Source: Occultella glacieicola (GTDB lineage Bacteria; Actinomycetota; Actinomycetes; Actinomycetales; Beutenbergiaceae). From it: DNA of 64,000 bases. The translations under genes were made by a program, and so were the position numbers. The notes under the pieces are model-generated. The model worked only from the letters and a program-made list of their open reading frames with translations, was not told where the DNA came from and made no database searches. The first letter of the stretch is position 1; every line of letters starts with the position of its first letter. Where the stretch lies: contig NZ_SMNA01000014.1 of NCBI RefSeq assembly GCF_004353825.1, positions 1 through 64,000 on the forward strand, read 5' to 3'. Positions 48,750-62,383 of this stretch are shown here, piece by piece.

Positions 48750-50806
48750 GCGAGCGCATCACCCGCGCCCTGGTCCGCGACGTCCAGCTCGAGGACCTGG
48801 GCACACTGGCCCTGGTCACCCTCGACAACGGACTCGACTTCACCAAGCCCAACACGCTCGGCGCCGGCGGCATGGCCGCACTGCGGGAGGCGTTCGAGGC
48901 CGTGTCGGCACGCGCCGACGCCGGGGAGATCGTCGCGGCCGCCGTCACCGGCAAGCCGTTCCACTTCGCCGCCGGTGCGGACCTGCACGCCGCGGCCGGG
49001 ATCACCACGACCGAGCAGGCCCGCGAGATCGCCGAGGCCGGCCACGACACGTACCGGATCCTCAGCGACATGGCCGTGCCGACGTTCGCCTACGTCGGCG
49101 GGGTCGCCCTCGGGGGCGGCATGGAGCTGGCGCTCTCGGCCACCTACCGCACGGTCGCGGCCTCGGTGCGCAACCTCGGCCTGCCCGAGGTCTTCCTCGG
49201 GCTGATCCCCGGGTGGGGTGGCACCTTCCTGATGCCGCACCTGATCGGCATCGAGAAGGCTCTCGGTGTCGTGGTCGAGAACCCGTTGCGCAACAACCGC
49301 CAGCTCAAGGCCGGCGAGGCCGTGGCGCTCGGCGTCATGGACGTCGCCCTCGAACCGGCCGACTTCCTCGCCGAGTCGCTGCGCTGGAGTGCCCGGGTAC
49401 TGCGCGGCGAGGTCACCCCGGACCGGCCGGAGCCGCTCGACGAGGCCGGCCGCGCCCGCTGGCTCGCCGGAGTCGACGCCGCCCGGGCGAAGGTCGACGG
49501 CCGTCTGCACGGCGCCGCACCGGCCCCGTACGTCGCCCTGGATCTGCTCGCACTGGCGGCGGACGGTGACAGGGACGCGTCCTTCGCGGCCGAGAACGAC
49601 GCGCTCGCCGACCTGATCGTGTCGCCGGAGTTCAAGGCCGGCGTGTACGCCTTCGACCTCACCTCCAGCCGGGCGAAGCGGCCGGTCGGGGCCCCGTCCG
49701 CGAACCTGGCCCGGCCGGTGCGCTCGGTCGGCGTGGTCGGGGCCGGCCTGATGGCCTCCCAGCTGGCGCTGCTGTTCGCGCGGCGGATGCGCGTTCCGGT
49801 GATCATGCGGGACCTGGACGCGGAGCGGGCCGAGAAGGGCCTGGGCTTCGTCCGCGCGGAGGTGGCCAAGCTCGCCGAGCAGGGACGCATCGGCGCCGAC
49901 GAGGCGAACCGGATCACCTCCCTGGTCAGCGCTAGCACGGACCTCGCCGATCTTGCCGTCTCTGATCTGGTCATCGAGGCGGTGTTCGAGGAGCTGGACG
50001 TCAAGAAGAAGGTGTTCGCCGAGCTCGAGACCGTGATCGGCTCCGGCACCATCCTCGCCACCAACACCTCGGCACTGTCGATCACGGCGATGGCTGCGGA
50101 CCTGCAGCACCCGGAGCGGGTCGTCGGCCTGCACTTCTTCAACCCGGTCGCGCAGATGCCCCTCGTCGAGGTCATCCGCGCGGAGCGGACCGACGACGCC
50201 ACCTACGCCACCGCGTTCGCCGTCGCCAAGGCGTCCGGCAAGTCCGCGATCGCCGTGGCCGACGCGCCCGGCTTCGTCGTCAACCGACTCCTCGTGCGCC
50301 TGCTCGGCGAGGTTCTCGGCGCCCTCGAGGACGGCACCGACGTCCCCACCGCGGACGCCGCACTGCGGCCGCTCGGCCTGCCCATGGGCCCGTTCCAGCT
50401 CCTGCAGCTGGTGGGCCCCGCCGTCGCCATGCATGTCCTGGACACCCTGCGTGAGCACCTCGGTGACCGGTACCCGACGTCGCCCGGGCTGGCCCGGATG
50501 GTCACCGACGGCACGCCCTTCGTCACCTACGAAGGTCGTCCCACAGCCGCCTCACCCGTCGACCCGGGCATCGAGCGCTACTTCGGTTCCCGGGCCGGCC
50601 GGGCCTACACGGCGCCGGAGCTGCTCGACCGGGTCGGTGGCGCGCTCGCCGAGGAGGTCACCCTGATGCTCGACGAACAGGTGGTCTCGGAGGCGGCCGA
50701 CATCGACCTCGGCATGATCCTCGGCGCCGGCTGGCCGTTCCACCTGGGTGGGATCACGCCGTACCTGCGCCGGACCGGTCACCTGGACCGCGACGCCGCG
50801 AGCTGA
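48746..50806 (+). CDS. fadB: Enoyl-CoA hydratase / 3-hydroxyacyl-CoA dehydrogenase
   Basis: FAAGADL, GGGMELAL, GLPEV, GAGLMA, IEAVFE, LHFFNP; ATGA overlap with thiolase. Confidence 0.92.
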   Translation: MSERITRALVRDVQLEDLGTLALVTLDNGLDFTKPNTLGAGGMAALREAFEAVSARADAGEIVAAAVTGKPFHFAAGADLHAAAGITTTEQAREIAEAGHDTYRILSDMAVPTFAYVGGVALGGGMELALSATYRTVAASVRNLGLPEVFLGLIPGWGGTFLMPHLIGIEKALGVVVENPLRNNRQLKAGEAVALGVMDVALEPADFLAESLRWSARVLRGEVTPDRPEPLDEAGRARWLAGVDAARAKVDGRLHGAAPAPYVALDLLALAADGDRDASFAAENDALADLIVSPEFKAGVYAFDLTSSRAKRPVGAPSANLARPVRSVGVVGAGLMASQLALLFARRMRVPVIMRDLDAERAEKGLGFVRAEVAKLAEQGRIGADEANRITSLVSASTDLADLAVSDLVIEAVFEELDVKKKVFAELETVIGSGTILATNTSALSITAMAADLQHPERVVGLHFFNPVAQMPLVEVIRAERTDDATYATAFAVAKASGKSAIAVADAPGFVVNRLLVRLLGEVLGALEDGTDVPTADAALRPLGLPMGPFQLLQLVGPAVAMHVLDTLREHLGDRYPTSPGLARMVTDGTPFVTYEGRPTAASPVDPGIERYFGSRAGRAYTAPELLDRVGGALAEEVTLMLDEQVVSEAADIDLGMILGAGWPFHLGGITPYLRRTGHLDRDAAS

Positions 50807-51786
50807 GCCCGCTCGAACAGGGACGGCTGCGGCGGGGCGTGGGTCGGGTCGACGCCGTCGAAGAGGCTGCTGACCGACTCCCCCTCGTGGATGCGTCGGA
50901 TCGCCTCGGCGAACAGCTGGGACACCGACCGCACCACGAGGGAGTGCCAGTCGCCCGGTGCGGGCACCGTGTCCGTGGTCACCACCTCGGTGATCATCGG
51001 GTGCTCGCTCAACCGGGCGACGGCGCTACCCGTGAACAGTCCGTGGGTGCACGCGACGGACGCCTCGTGGCAGCCCTCCTCGTCGAGTTTGGCCATCAGC
51101 TGCACGATCGAGCCACCGGTGGCGATCTCGTCGTCGAGCACGATGGCCCGCTTCCCGGCGACGTCGCCCACGATCGCGTCGATGACCACCCGGTCGTCGG
51201 CGAGCCGCTGCTTGCTCCCGGCCGCGACCGGGAGGCCGAGCAGCCGTGCGAACTGGGTCGCGGTCTTCGCGTTCCCCAGGTCCGGTGACACCACGATCGC
51301 GTCGGACAGGTCGCGCCCACGGTAGTGGTCGGCGAGCACCCCGAGCGCGGTCAGGTGGTCCACCGGGACCGAGAAGAAGCCGTGCACCTGTGGCGAGTGC
51401 AGCGTCATCGTGAGGATCCGGTCCGCACCGGCCGCGACCAGCATGTCCGCGACCAGACGCCCGCCCAGGGAGATCCGGGAGGCGTCCTTCTTGTCCGACC
51501 TGGCGTAGGCGAAATGCGGGATCACGGCCGTGATCTGCGCGGCCGAGGCGCCCTTGGCTGCGTCGATCATGAGGAGCAGCTCCATCAGGTGCTCCTGGGT
51601 GGGCGGCACGAGCGGCTGCACGATGTACACGTCGCGCTGGCGGCAGTTCGCTCCGAGCTGTGCCTGCAGACAGTCGTTGCTGAACCGGGTGGTCTCCGAT
51701 GGTGACACCTCGATCCCGAGCTCGTCGCAGATCAGCCGCGCCAGCGCGGGGTGTGCGCTGCCGGTGAACACCACGATGTCGCGCAT
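50779..51786 (-). CDS. prs: Ribose-phosphate pyrophosphokinase
   Basis: PHFAYARSDKK, LHSPQVHGFF, VSPDLG, LDDEIATGGS, THGLF. Confidence 0.93.
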   Translation of the reverse strand: MRDIVVFTGSAHPALARLICDELGIEVSPSETTRFSNDCLQAQLGANCRQRDVYIVQPLVPPTQEHLMELLLMIDAAKGASAAQITAVIPHFAYARSDKKDASRISLGGRLVADMLVAAGADRILTMTLHSPQVHGFFSVPVDHLTALGVLADHYRGRDLSDAIVVSPDLGNAKTATQFARLLGLPVAAGSKQRLADDRVVIDAIVGDVAGKRAIVLDDEIATGGSIVQLMAKLDEEGCHEASVACTHGLFTGSAVARLSEHPMITEVVTTDTVPAPGDWHSLVVRSVSQLFAEAIRRIHEGESVSSLFDGVDPTHAPPQPSLFERAQLAASRSR

Positions 51787-51883
51787 GCGCCTGCCTCTCT
51801 CCGGGGTCTGGTGGCGATGCTAGGGGATCCGATCGACGTCGCGCGACGGCCCCTGCTGCGGACCACGTCCCCGTGGTCGCCGC

Positions 51884-52540
51884 TCAGGCGATGCGCGTGC
51901 CCGACGGCGACAGTGCGGCCGGTCGGTAGTCCTCGCCTCGTCGCTCGGCCTCGATGGCGAGCGCGCGGTGCTCGTCCAGGTCGACGAGGAAGGCGTCCGC
52001 GTGTTCGGCGAGCAGCCGGATCCGGGCCTCGTCCCGGCCGACCCAGCGGAAATCGCGCCGGTAGGTGTGCCGGTTCTCGACGACGAACAGCACCTGCTCA
52101 CAGCCGGTCACGTGCAACTGCCACTGGAGCTGGTCCCGGTACACCCCCGCCGCCTCGTCGAGATCGGCGACCGCGGTCTTGATCTCGCAGATCGAGTGCG
52201 CCCCGACCCCGTCCGGGGTGGCCAGATGGCGCGGGTTCTCGCCCGCACACAGGTGAGAGTTCGGATGGATCCCGAACCGTTGGTGCACCCACGCCGCGAT
52301 CACCGGCTCCCGCACGATCCCGTGTTCGAACTGGGGCAGCCGGGGGCCCTCCCAACCGCTGAGCTTGGCCTCGAGGAGCCGCTTGCGCTGCTTGCTCACC
52401 TGCCCGCGGGAGGTGACCAGGCGCCGCGCGTCCGTGGCCGTGACGCCCCACAGCCGGGCCCGGAGCCAGGCGACGCGTTGCCGGGAGGTGACCGGATCGC
52501 CGCCAGGGCCCTGCACATAGCGATACCGGTTCTGCTCCAC
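51884..52540 (-). CDS. YqaJ-like (lambda exonuclease family) nuclease
   Basis: WLRARLWGVTATDA, HG..REP, ATPDG, EIKT, YRDQLQWQLHVTG; TAATCT -10 element 7 nt before GTG 52540. Confidence 0.82.
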   Translation of the reverse strand: MEQNRYRYVQGPGGDPVTSRQRVAWLRARLWGVTATDARRLVTSRGQVSKQRKRLLEAKLSGWEGPRLPQFEHGIVREPVIAAWVHQRFGIHPNSHLCAGENPRHLATPDGVGAHSICEIKTAVADLDEAAGVYRDQLQWQLHVTGCEQVLFVVENRHTYRRDFRWVGRDEARIRLLAEHADAFLVDLDEHRALAIEAERRGEDYRPAALSPSGTRIA

Positions 52541-52607
52541 CCGCACGAGATTACGTGACACCTGCGCCACGCCGGACCTCGGCACGCGGGCAGCGCGCAG
52601 ATCCACG

Positions 52608-54734
52608 TCAGCGGACCCGCTCGTTCCCCACTCCGGCCGGCTTCCGGGTGGCCAGCCCGGCGACTGCCGGGGCGTCCACCCGGAAGCCGGACGGCGCCTC
52701 CACGGTGACGCCCGCCTGTGCGTCGACCGCGACGGCCAGGTGCTGTCCGCCCACCCGCAACCCGGACACCGAGAGGGCGTCGGTGCTGGCCGGGCTGACC
52801 CGGATCCACCCGTTCGGGACGTCGACCGAGAGACCGAGCCGGGCGGTGACGATGGCCATCGCAGCGGCCGCGGACCAGGCCTGCGGCCGGCAGGACGCCG
52901 GGTACGGCACCGGCCTGCTCACCTCGGACGGGCCGTCGCCGGAGAACAGTTCGGGCAGCCGGAAGCCGAAGTCCGGCGCGGCCCGCACCAACCCGTCGCC
53001 CAGGCGTGCGGCGACCTCCCCGTATCCGGCCCGGGCGAGCCCGCGGATCGCGATCGCGGTGTCATGCGGCCAGACCGCACCGCCGTGGTAGCTCAGGGGC
53101 CAGTACCCGCCGGAGCCGGCGGCCAGGGTACGCAGGCCGTACCCGGAGTCGAGCGCGGGCCCGGCGACCCGGGCGGCCACCGCGCGCTCCTCGCCCGGGT
53201 CCAGCAGTCCGGTGCCGAGCAGGTGCGCCATGTTCGAGGCCACCGAGTCGACCGGGCGCTTGCCGGCGTCGAGGGCGATCGCGGGGTACGGGCCGTCGGC
53301 GTCCGCCACCCAGTACGCGGAGCGGAACCGGGTGGCCAGACGTCCCGCCCAGTCCCGCCACCGGTGTGCCCCGGGCCGGCCGAACGCGCAGAGCAGGTCC
53401 GCCCCGGCCAGTGCCGCCTCGTGGGCGTAACCCTGGACCTCCACGAGCGCGATCGCCGGCGTCGCGAGGGCGCCGTCGCGCCAGCGGACCGAGTCCCCGG
53501 AGTCCTTCCATCCCTGGTTCGCCAGGCCCCCACCGCTGCTGTCGTACTCGAGGAAGCCGTCGCCGTCGGCATCCCCGTACGTGACCATCCAGTCCAGGGC
53601 GCGCTCGGCCGCCGGGAGCAGCGCCGCCACCTCGGCCTCCGGCAAGCCCCAACGCCAGGCGTCGGCGAGCAGGCACACCCACAGCGGGGTCGCGTCGATG
53701 CTGCCGTAGTACAGCGGCGGCAGCATCCCGGCGGTCCCCGATCCGATCGGGGCGCGCCGCAGCTCGTGCAGGATCTTGCCGGGCTCCTCACCGGTGGTGC
53801 GGTCGACGACGCTGCCCTGCGCGGCGGCCAGCGTGCGCAGTGTCCCGCCGGCGAGCTCCGTCCCCAGCGGCAGCATCATCCGCGCCGCCCAGATCGAATC
53901 CCGGCCGAACAGGGTGAAGAACCACGGCGCTCCGGCGGCGACGAAGGCTTCGTCCGGGGTCCGCACGGTGGACATCAGGAGCCCGCCCAGATCGTCCAGG
54001 CTCCGCTCCAGCAGCACCGGCAGGCGTCGGTCCCAGGCCTGCACGCTCGGCGTCGACCAGGGTCGGCCGCCTCGACGTGCGCCCGGCGCGGCTCGGACCG
54101 CACCGGTCGGGTCCACGCAGTCGATCTGCCAGGTGAGTTCGGCGGGCCGGTCCGGCTCGGCGCGCACCGTCCAGACAAGCGTCGGGGCGGTGGGCTCGTC
54201 GAGGTCGATCCGGGCTCCGGGAGCCCGCACCTGCACCTCGACCCCGCCCGCGGCCGCCTCGGACCCCACCCAGCGCAGGCCGTCCGCCATCCGGGTGGGC
54301 ACCACCGGAGTGGCCGCCTCACCGGCCTTCACGCGGTCCATGGGAAGCAGGTCCGCACCGAGCCGGATCCGGACCGTCGCCTCGACGGCCCCCACCGAGG
54401 TCGCGCTGGAGAGGGTCAGGCGTTCGCGCATCCGCCCGGGGGTCACCGTGCGCTCGACGTCGATCCGGGTGGTCGGGTCCGCGCCTGGGCCGTCGAGGTC
54501 GCGGGCGAGCGCGACCAGGCGCACGCACCCCGACCCCGCGTTCGCGCCGGCGATGCCCTCGGGCACGACGCCGTCGACGGTCAGAAGTGCCTCACTGAGC
54601 ACCCGCACGTCCGCGTGGAACACCCCGTTGAGGTCCGCCCGCCCCGCCCGGATCTGCCCGTCCGCACCCGACCAGGCCTGGGTCGGCGCAGCGAGTGCGA
54701 CCAGCTGATCGTGCAGCAGCGGTTGCCGAACCAT
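52608..54734 (-). CDS. Amylo-alpha-1,6-glucosidase / GDE-like glycoside hydrolase
   Basis: AGAPWFFTLFGRDS, EEPGKILHE, YYGSIDAT, NQGWKDS, YHGGAVWPHD, PQAWS. Confidence 0.9.
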   Translation of the reverse strand: MVRQPLLHDQLVALAAPTQAWSGADGQIRAGRADLNGVFHADVRVLSEALLTVDGVVPEGIAGANAGSGCVRLVALARDLDGPGADPTTRIDVERTVTPGRMRERLTLSSATSVGAVEATVRIRLGADLLPMDRVKAGEAATPVVPTRMADGLRWVGSEAAAGGVEVQVRAPGARIDLDEPTAPTLVWTVRAEPDRPAELTWQIDCVDPTGAVRAAPGARRGGRPWSTPSVQAWDRRLPVLLERSLDDLGGLLMSTVRTPDEAFVAAGAPWFFTLFGRDSIWAARMMLPLGTELAGGTLRTLAAAQGSVVDRTTGEEPGKILHELRRAPIGSGTAGMLPPLYYGSIDATPLWVCLLADAWRWGLPEAEVAALLPAAERALDWMVTYGDADGDGFLEYDSSGGGLANQGWKDSGDSVRWRDGALATPAIALVEVQGYAHEAALAGADLLCAFGRPGAHRWRDWAGRLATRFRSAYWVADADGPYPAIALDAGKRPVDSVASNMAHLLGTGLLDPGEERAVAARVAGPALDSGYGLRTLAAGSGGYWPLSYHGGAVWPHDTAIAIRGLARAGYGEVAARLGDGLVRAAPDFGFRLPELFSGDGPSEVSRPVPYPASCRPQAWSAAAAMAIVTARLGLSVDVPNGWIRVSPASTDALSVSGLRVGGQHLAVAVDAQAGVTVEAPSGFRVDAPAVAGLATRKPAGVGNERVR

Positions 54735-54751
54735 TCCCACGCCTTCCACGC

Positions 54752-54805
54752 TTGACAGCCCCGGTGGTTCCAGACCACTCTAGGACAACTGTTTGAACGA
54801 TCCAA
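54752..54805 (+). promoter_or_regulatory. Promoter -35 (TTGACA) and LacI-type operator (TTTGAACGATCCAA)
   Basis: TTGACA at 54752-54757; imperfect CG-centred palindrome at 54792-54805 between the divergent glucosidase and lacI genes. Confidence 0.55.
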
Positions 54806-54873
54806 TCCGACGACGATGCCGATGGCCGATGATTGATCCATCAATGGGTCACGAACTGGCGAGGAGGCGGAAG

Positions 54874-55917
54874 ATGAGCGCGCGGCAACGCGTCACCCTG
54901 GAGTCGGTTGCCGCGCACGCCAAGGTGTCCCGCCAGACCGTCTCGAACGCCATCAACGCGCCCGACGTGGTCAAACCCGAGACCCTGACCCGCGTGCTCG
55001 AATCGATCGCGGAACTCGGCTACCAACCGTCCCGGGCGGCCCGGCAGTTGCGGACCCGGCGTTCCCAGATCCTCGGCTACTCCCTCAGGCCGGTCCCGGC
55101 AGATGCGCACGGCACGATCGGCGACCGGTTCGTGCACGGCCTCGCCAGGGCCGCGCAACAGCGCGGGTACCGGATCATGCTGTTCGCGTCCGGGAACGAC
55201 GAGGAGGAGATCCTCCAGTACGACGAACTGCTGTCCGGTGCCGACCTGGACGGCTTCGTCCTGACGAACACCCATCACGGCGACCCGCGTATCGCCTGGC
55301 TCGCGGAGCGGGACGTGCCGTTCGTGACCTTCGGTCGCCCGTGGGGCAACGCGGACGCCACCCATCCCTGGGTGGACGTCGACGGGGCAGCCGGCACGGC
55401 GGCCGCGACCCGCCACCTGCACGAGCTCGGGCACACCCGGATCGCCTACCTCGGTTGGCCGCACGGCTCCGGGGTCGGTGACGACCGCCGGACCGGATGG
55501 TCGGACGTGATGGCCGAACTCGGCCTGCCCGCCGATGGGCGCTGGCAGGAGACCACCGAGAACGCCACCGAGCCTGCCCGCGATGCGGCTGCGACGCTCC
55601 TGCGTCGGGTCAGCCCGGGCGCGGTGGTGTGCGTCAGCGACTCGGTCGCCCTCGGGGTCATCCGCGCCGCCGAGGCGCAGGGTCGCCGGCTGGCCGTGAC
55701 CGGTTTCGACGACTCGGCGGTGGCGCTGCTGGCGGGGATGACCACCCTGGCGCAACCGGTCACCGAGTCCGCCCAGCGCGCGCTCGCGCTGGTGCTCCGC
55801 GATATCGGCGTCGACACCGTGGGGCCCGCCTCCCGGCACGAGATCCTCGCTCCGCAGCTCGTCGTCCGGGACACCAGCATCCCGCCGGACCCACTGCCCC
55901 GAACCGTGGGATCCTGA
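54874..55917 (+). CDS. LacI family transcriptional regulator
   Basis: TLESVAAHAKVSRQTVSNAIN, LGYQPSRAARQL, VTGFDDS; GAGGAGG RBS. Confidence 0.95.
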   Translation: MSARQRVTLESVAAHAKVSRQTVSNAINAPDVVKPETLTRVLESIAELGYQPSRAARQLRTRRSQILGYSLRPVPADAHGTIGDRFVHGLARAAQQRGYRIMLFASGNDEEEILQYDELLSGADLDGFVLTNTHHGDPRIAWLAERDVPFVTFGRPWGNADATHPWVDVDGAAGTAAATRHLHELGHTRIAYLGWPHGSGVGDDRRTGWSDVMAELGLPADGRWQETTENATEPARDAAATLLRRVSPGAVVCVSDSVALGVIRAAEAQGRRLAVTGFDDSAVALLAGMTTLAQPVTESAQRALALVLRDIGVDTVGPASRHEILAPQLVVRDTSIPPDPLPRTVGS

Positions 55918-55948
55918 CCGGGTCCGATCACCGAGCCAGGAGGATCCG

Positions 55949-57232
55949 ATGCCGCAACCCCCGCTCCTACGCTTGCCGGTCGGTGGACGGCGTCGTCGGA
56001 CGGCACGGGTGGGTGGCGTCGCCGTCGTGCTCGTCCTCGCCGCCGCGGCGTGCTCGGGCGGCACCGGCTTCACCGACGAGACCCCGACCGGGGCGGACGA
56101 CGGCGTGGACGACGGCACCGTCACCGTGCTGATCGGCTCCAGCGGTGCCGCCGAGACCGAGGCCGTCGAGGCGGCGGTGTCGGCCTGGTCCTCCGAGTCC
56201 GGCATCCGGGCCGAGGTCATCGTCGCGGCCGACCTGAACCAGCAGCTGAGCCAGGGGTTCGCGGCCGCCGAGCCGCCGGATGTGTTCTACCTGGGCACCG
56301 ACCAGTTCGCCGCGCACGCGGACAACGGGTCACTGCACCCGTATCTGGACGCCCTGCCCCAGGCCGCCGACTTCTACCCGAGCCTGCTCCGCTCGTTCAC
56401 CTACGCGGGCACCACCTACTGTGCCCCGAAGGACTTCTCCACCCTCGCCCTGATCATCAACACCGACTACTGGGCGGCCGCCGGCCTCACCGATGCGGAC
56501 CTCCCGACCACCTGGGCGCAACTGCGTGAGGTGGCGACGGCCCTGACCACGGACACCCACGTCGGCCTCAGTTTCGCCCCGGAGTGGCAGCGCATCGGTG
56601 CGTTCCTGGCCGAGGCCGGAGGGTCGCTCACGTCACCGGACAACGACCGGGCCACCGTGGACTCGCCCGAGAACCTCGAGGCCCTGGAGTACGTGCAGGA
56701 CCTGATCGGCTCCGGGGTGGCGGCCTTCCCGTCGACGCTGAACACCGGTTGGGGCGGCGAGGCCCTCGGCAGCGGTAGCGCGGCCATGGTCGTCGAGGGC
56801 AACTGGATCGTCGGAGCCATGGCCGCCGACTTCCCCGATGTCCGGTACCGCGTCGTCGAGTTGCCCGAAGGGCCGGGCGGCCGGGGGACGCTGCAGTTCA
56901 CCAACTGCTGGGGCGTCGCCGCCGGCACGGACACCGAGGCCGCCGTCGAGCTCGTCGCCGACCTCACCTCGCCGCAGGCGCAACTCGCCTTCGCGGACGC
57001 GTATGGCGTGATGCCGTCGGTGGCCACCGCCGCCCAGCAGTGGTCCGGCGACCACCCGGACCAGGCGGCGTTCCTGGCCGGGGCCGACTACGCGCACGGG
57101 TTCCCGTCCGCACCGGGGGCCGCGGCGGTCCTCGCCGACTTCAACGCACAACTCGAGGGCCTCCCGGACGCCGACCCCGCGGACATCCTCGCGTCGGTCC
57201 ACGTGGACCTGCAGGCCGTCCTCGGAGGCTGA
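55949..57232 (+). CDS. Sugar ABC transporter substrate-binding lipoprotein
   Basis: Lipobox AAAC, PPDVFY, PKDFSTLAL, PTTW.QL, MVVEGNW. Confidence 0.9.
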   Translation: MPQPPLLRLPVGGRRRRTARVGGVAVVLVLAAAACSGGTGFTDETPTGADDGVDDGTVTVLIGSSGAAETEAVEAAVSAWSSESGIRAEVIVAADLNQQLSQGFAAAEPPDVFYLGTDQFAAHADNGSLHPYLDALPQAADFYPSLLRSFTYAGTTYCAPKDFSTLALIINTDYWAAAGLTDADLPTTWAQLREVATALTTDTHVGLSFAPEWQRIGAFLAEAGGSLTSPDNDRATVDSPENLEALEYVQDLIGSGVAAFPSTLNTGWGGEALGSGSAAMVVEGNWIVGAMAADFPDVRYRVVELPEGPGGRGTLQFTNCWGVAAGTDTEAAVELVADLTSPQAQLAFADAYGVMPSVATAAQQWSGDHPDQAAFLAGADYAHGFPSAPGAAAVLADFNAQLEGLPDADPADILASVHVDLQAVLGG

Positions 57233-57239
57233 CGGGGAG

Positions 57240-58316
57240 GTGAGGAAGCGGGCTGGCAGGCGGTCGGCGACGCGGCAGGGCGTGGCCGGGTGGGCGTTCG
57301 TCGCTCCGATGGTCGTGATCCTGGGTCTGTTCCTCGTGGTGCCGATCGCGATGGCGTTCTGGGTCAGCGTCTCCGACTGGCGGGGCGTCGGGAACCCGAT
57401 GACCGGCGCGGCCCGGTTCGTGGGAGCCGCCAACTACTCCGACGTCCTCCTCGGTGACGGCCTCGCGACGAAGGACCTCGGCCGCGCCATGCGCAACAAC
57501 CTCTACTACGTCCTCGCCGTCGTCCCGCTGCAGACCATCCTCGCGCTGACGCTCGCGGTGCTCGTGCACCGCCGGGTGGTCGCGGGTCGCGGGTTCTTCC
57601 GGAGCGCGTTCTACTTCCCGTCGGTGACGTCCTCGGTGGCGATCACCGTGGTGTTCCTGTTCCTGTTCTCCGCGACCGGCGCGGTGAACCGGCTGCTCGC
57701 GGTGCTGGGTGTCGAGGGCCCGAACTGGTTCGCCGACCCCCGCGGGGTGGTGCACCTGGCCCTCGGGGCGTTCGGGATCCGGGCGCCGTACGAGAGCGGC
57801 CCGGTGCTGCTCGGGCTCTCCTGGTGGAACTGGATCTCGGGCCCGAGCGTGGCGATGTGCGTGTTGATCGTGCTCGCGGTGTTCACCACGTCCGGGACGT
57901 TCATGCTGCTCTTCCTGGCCGCCCTGCAGCACCTGCCCGGCGAGGTGGAGGAGGCCGCGGTCGTCGACGGCGCCACCCCCTGGCAGCGGCTGCACCGGAT
58001 CACGGTCCCGATGCTGCGCCCGACGCTGTTCACGGTGATCACGCTGGGCCTGATCGGTACCTGGCAGTTGTTCGATCAGGTCTACACCGGCACCCAGGGC
58101 ACACCCGGCAAGACCACGCTGACGCCGGCCTACCTGTCCTACCAGACCTCCTTCCAGCAGCAGGAGTGGGGCCAGGGTGCCGCGATCGCGTTCCTGCTCT
58201 TCGCGATCATCGTGGTGAGCACCCTGGTCGGCCGGTGGCTGCTGCGCGAACGGGACACAACGGCCCCACACCGGCTCCGGCCGGCGCGCCGTCCCGGAAC
58301 GGGGTCCGGGTCATGA
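57240..58316 (+). CDS. Sugar ABC permease
   Basis: FFRSAFYFP, EAAVVDGA EAA loop. Confidence 0.92.
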   Translation: MRKRAGRRSATRQGVAGWAFVAPMVVILGLFLVVPIAMAFWVSVSDWRGVGNPMTGAARFVGAANYSDVLLGDGLATKDLGRAMRNNLYYVLAVVPLQTILALTLAVLVHRRVVAGRGFFRSAFYFPSVTSSVAITVVFLFLFSATGAVNRLLAVLGVEGPNWFADPRGVVHLALGAFGIRAPYESGPVLLGLSWWNWISGPSVAMCVLIVLAVFTTSGTFMLLFLAALQHLPGEVEEAAVVDGATPWQRLHRITVPMLRPTLFTVITLGLIGTWQLFDQVYTGTQGTPGKTTLTPAYLSYQTSFQQQEWGQGAAIAFLLFAIIVVSTLVGRWLLRERDTTAPHRLRPARRPGTGSGS

Positions 58317-59184
58317 CCGCCACCCACGCGCTGCGGCGGGACCGCGGCCCCGCGTGGCTGCGCCGCTCGCGGTTCGGTTCCGCGGTGGCGCTGGCCGTCC
58401 TGATCCTGCTCGCCCTCGCCTACCTGTACCCGTTCGCGATCAGCCTCGCGACGTCGTTCAAGACCGATGCCGGGGCCGCCGCGGACCCGCTCTCGCTGAT
58501 CCCGGCGACGCCGTCCACGTCCGCGTACACCGAGCTCCTGCGCAACTCCGACTTTCCGCTCTGGGTCCGCAACTCGGTGATCGTCACCCTCACGGTGACC
58601 ACCGGCCGGGTGCTGTTCGCCTCCCTGGCCGGCTACGCGCTCGCCCGGCTGCGGTTCCCTGGCCGCGGCGTCGTGTTCGCGGCCCTGGTGGCGGTCATGG
58701 CCGTGCCCGGGGTGGTGCTGCTGATCCCCCGGTTCCTGGTCATCAACACGTTCGGCATCTACAACAGCTTCGCCGGCCTGATCCTGCCGCTCCTGGTGGA
58801 TGCGGCCGGCGTCTTCATCATGCGGAACTACTTCACCTCCGTGCCGCCCGGCGTTGAGGAGGCCGCCCGCATCGACGGCGCGGGCCCCCTGAGGATCTTC
58901 TGGTCCGTGGCACTGCCGATGGCCGGCCCGGCCCTGATCACGATCATCGTGCTGAGCTTCCAGGGCTCCTGGAACGAGCTGTCCCATTTCATCGTGGCCT
59001 CGGACCGCCCCGAGCTGCAGACGCTGACGAAGGGCGTCGCCCAGCTCACCGCAGGGGCCCTCAGCCAGGGCACCCAGTACCCGCTGAAGCTGGCGGCCGC
59101 GGTGATCATGTCGATCCCGGTGGCCCTGCTCTTCCTCGTGTTCCAGCGCCGCATCACGTCGACCCACGACGGTGCCATCAGGGG

Positions 59185-59188
<4 letters not shown>
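58313..59188 (+). CDS. Sugar ABC permease
   Basis: AGYALARLRFPGR, EEAARIDGA; ATGA overlap with the previous permease. Confidence 0.92.
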
Positions 59189-62383
<3,195 letters not shown>

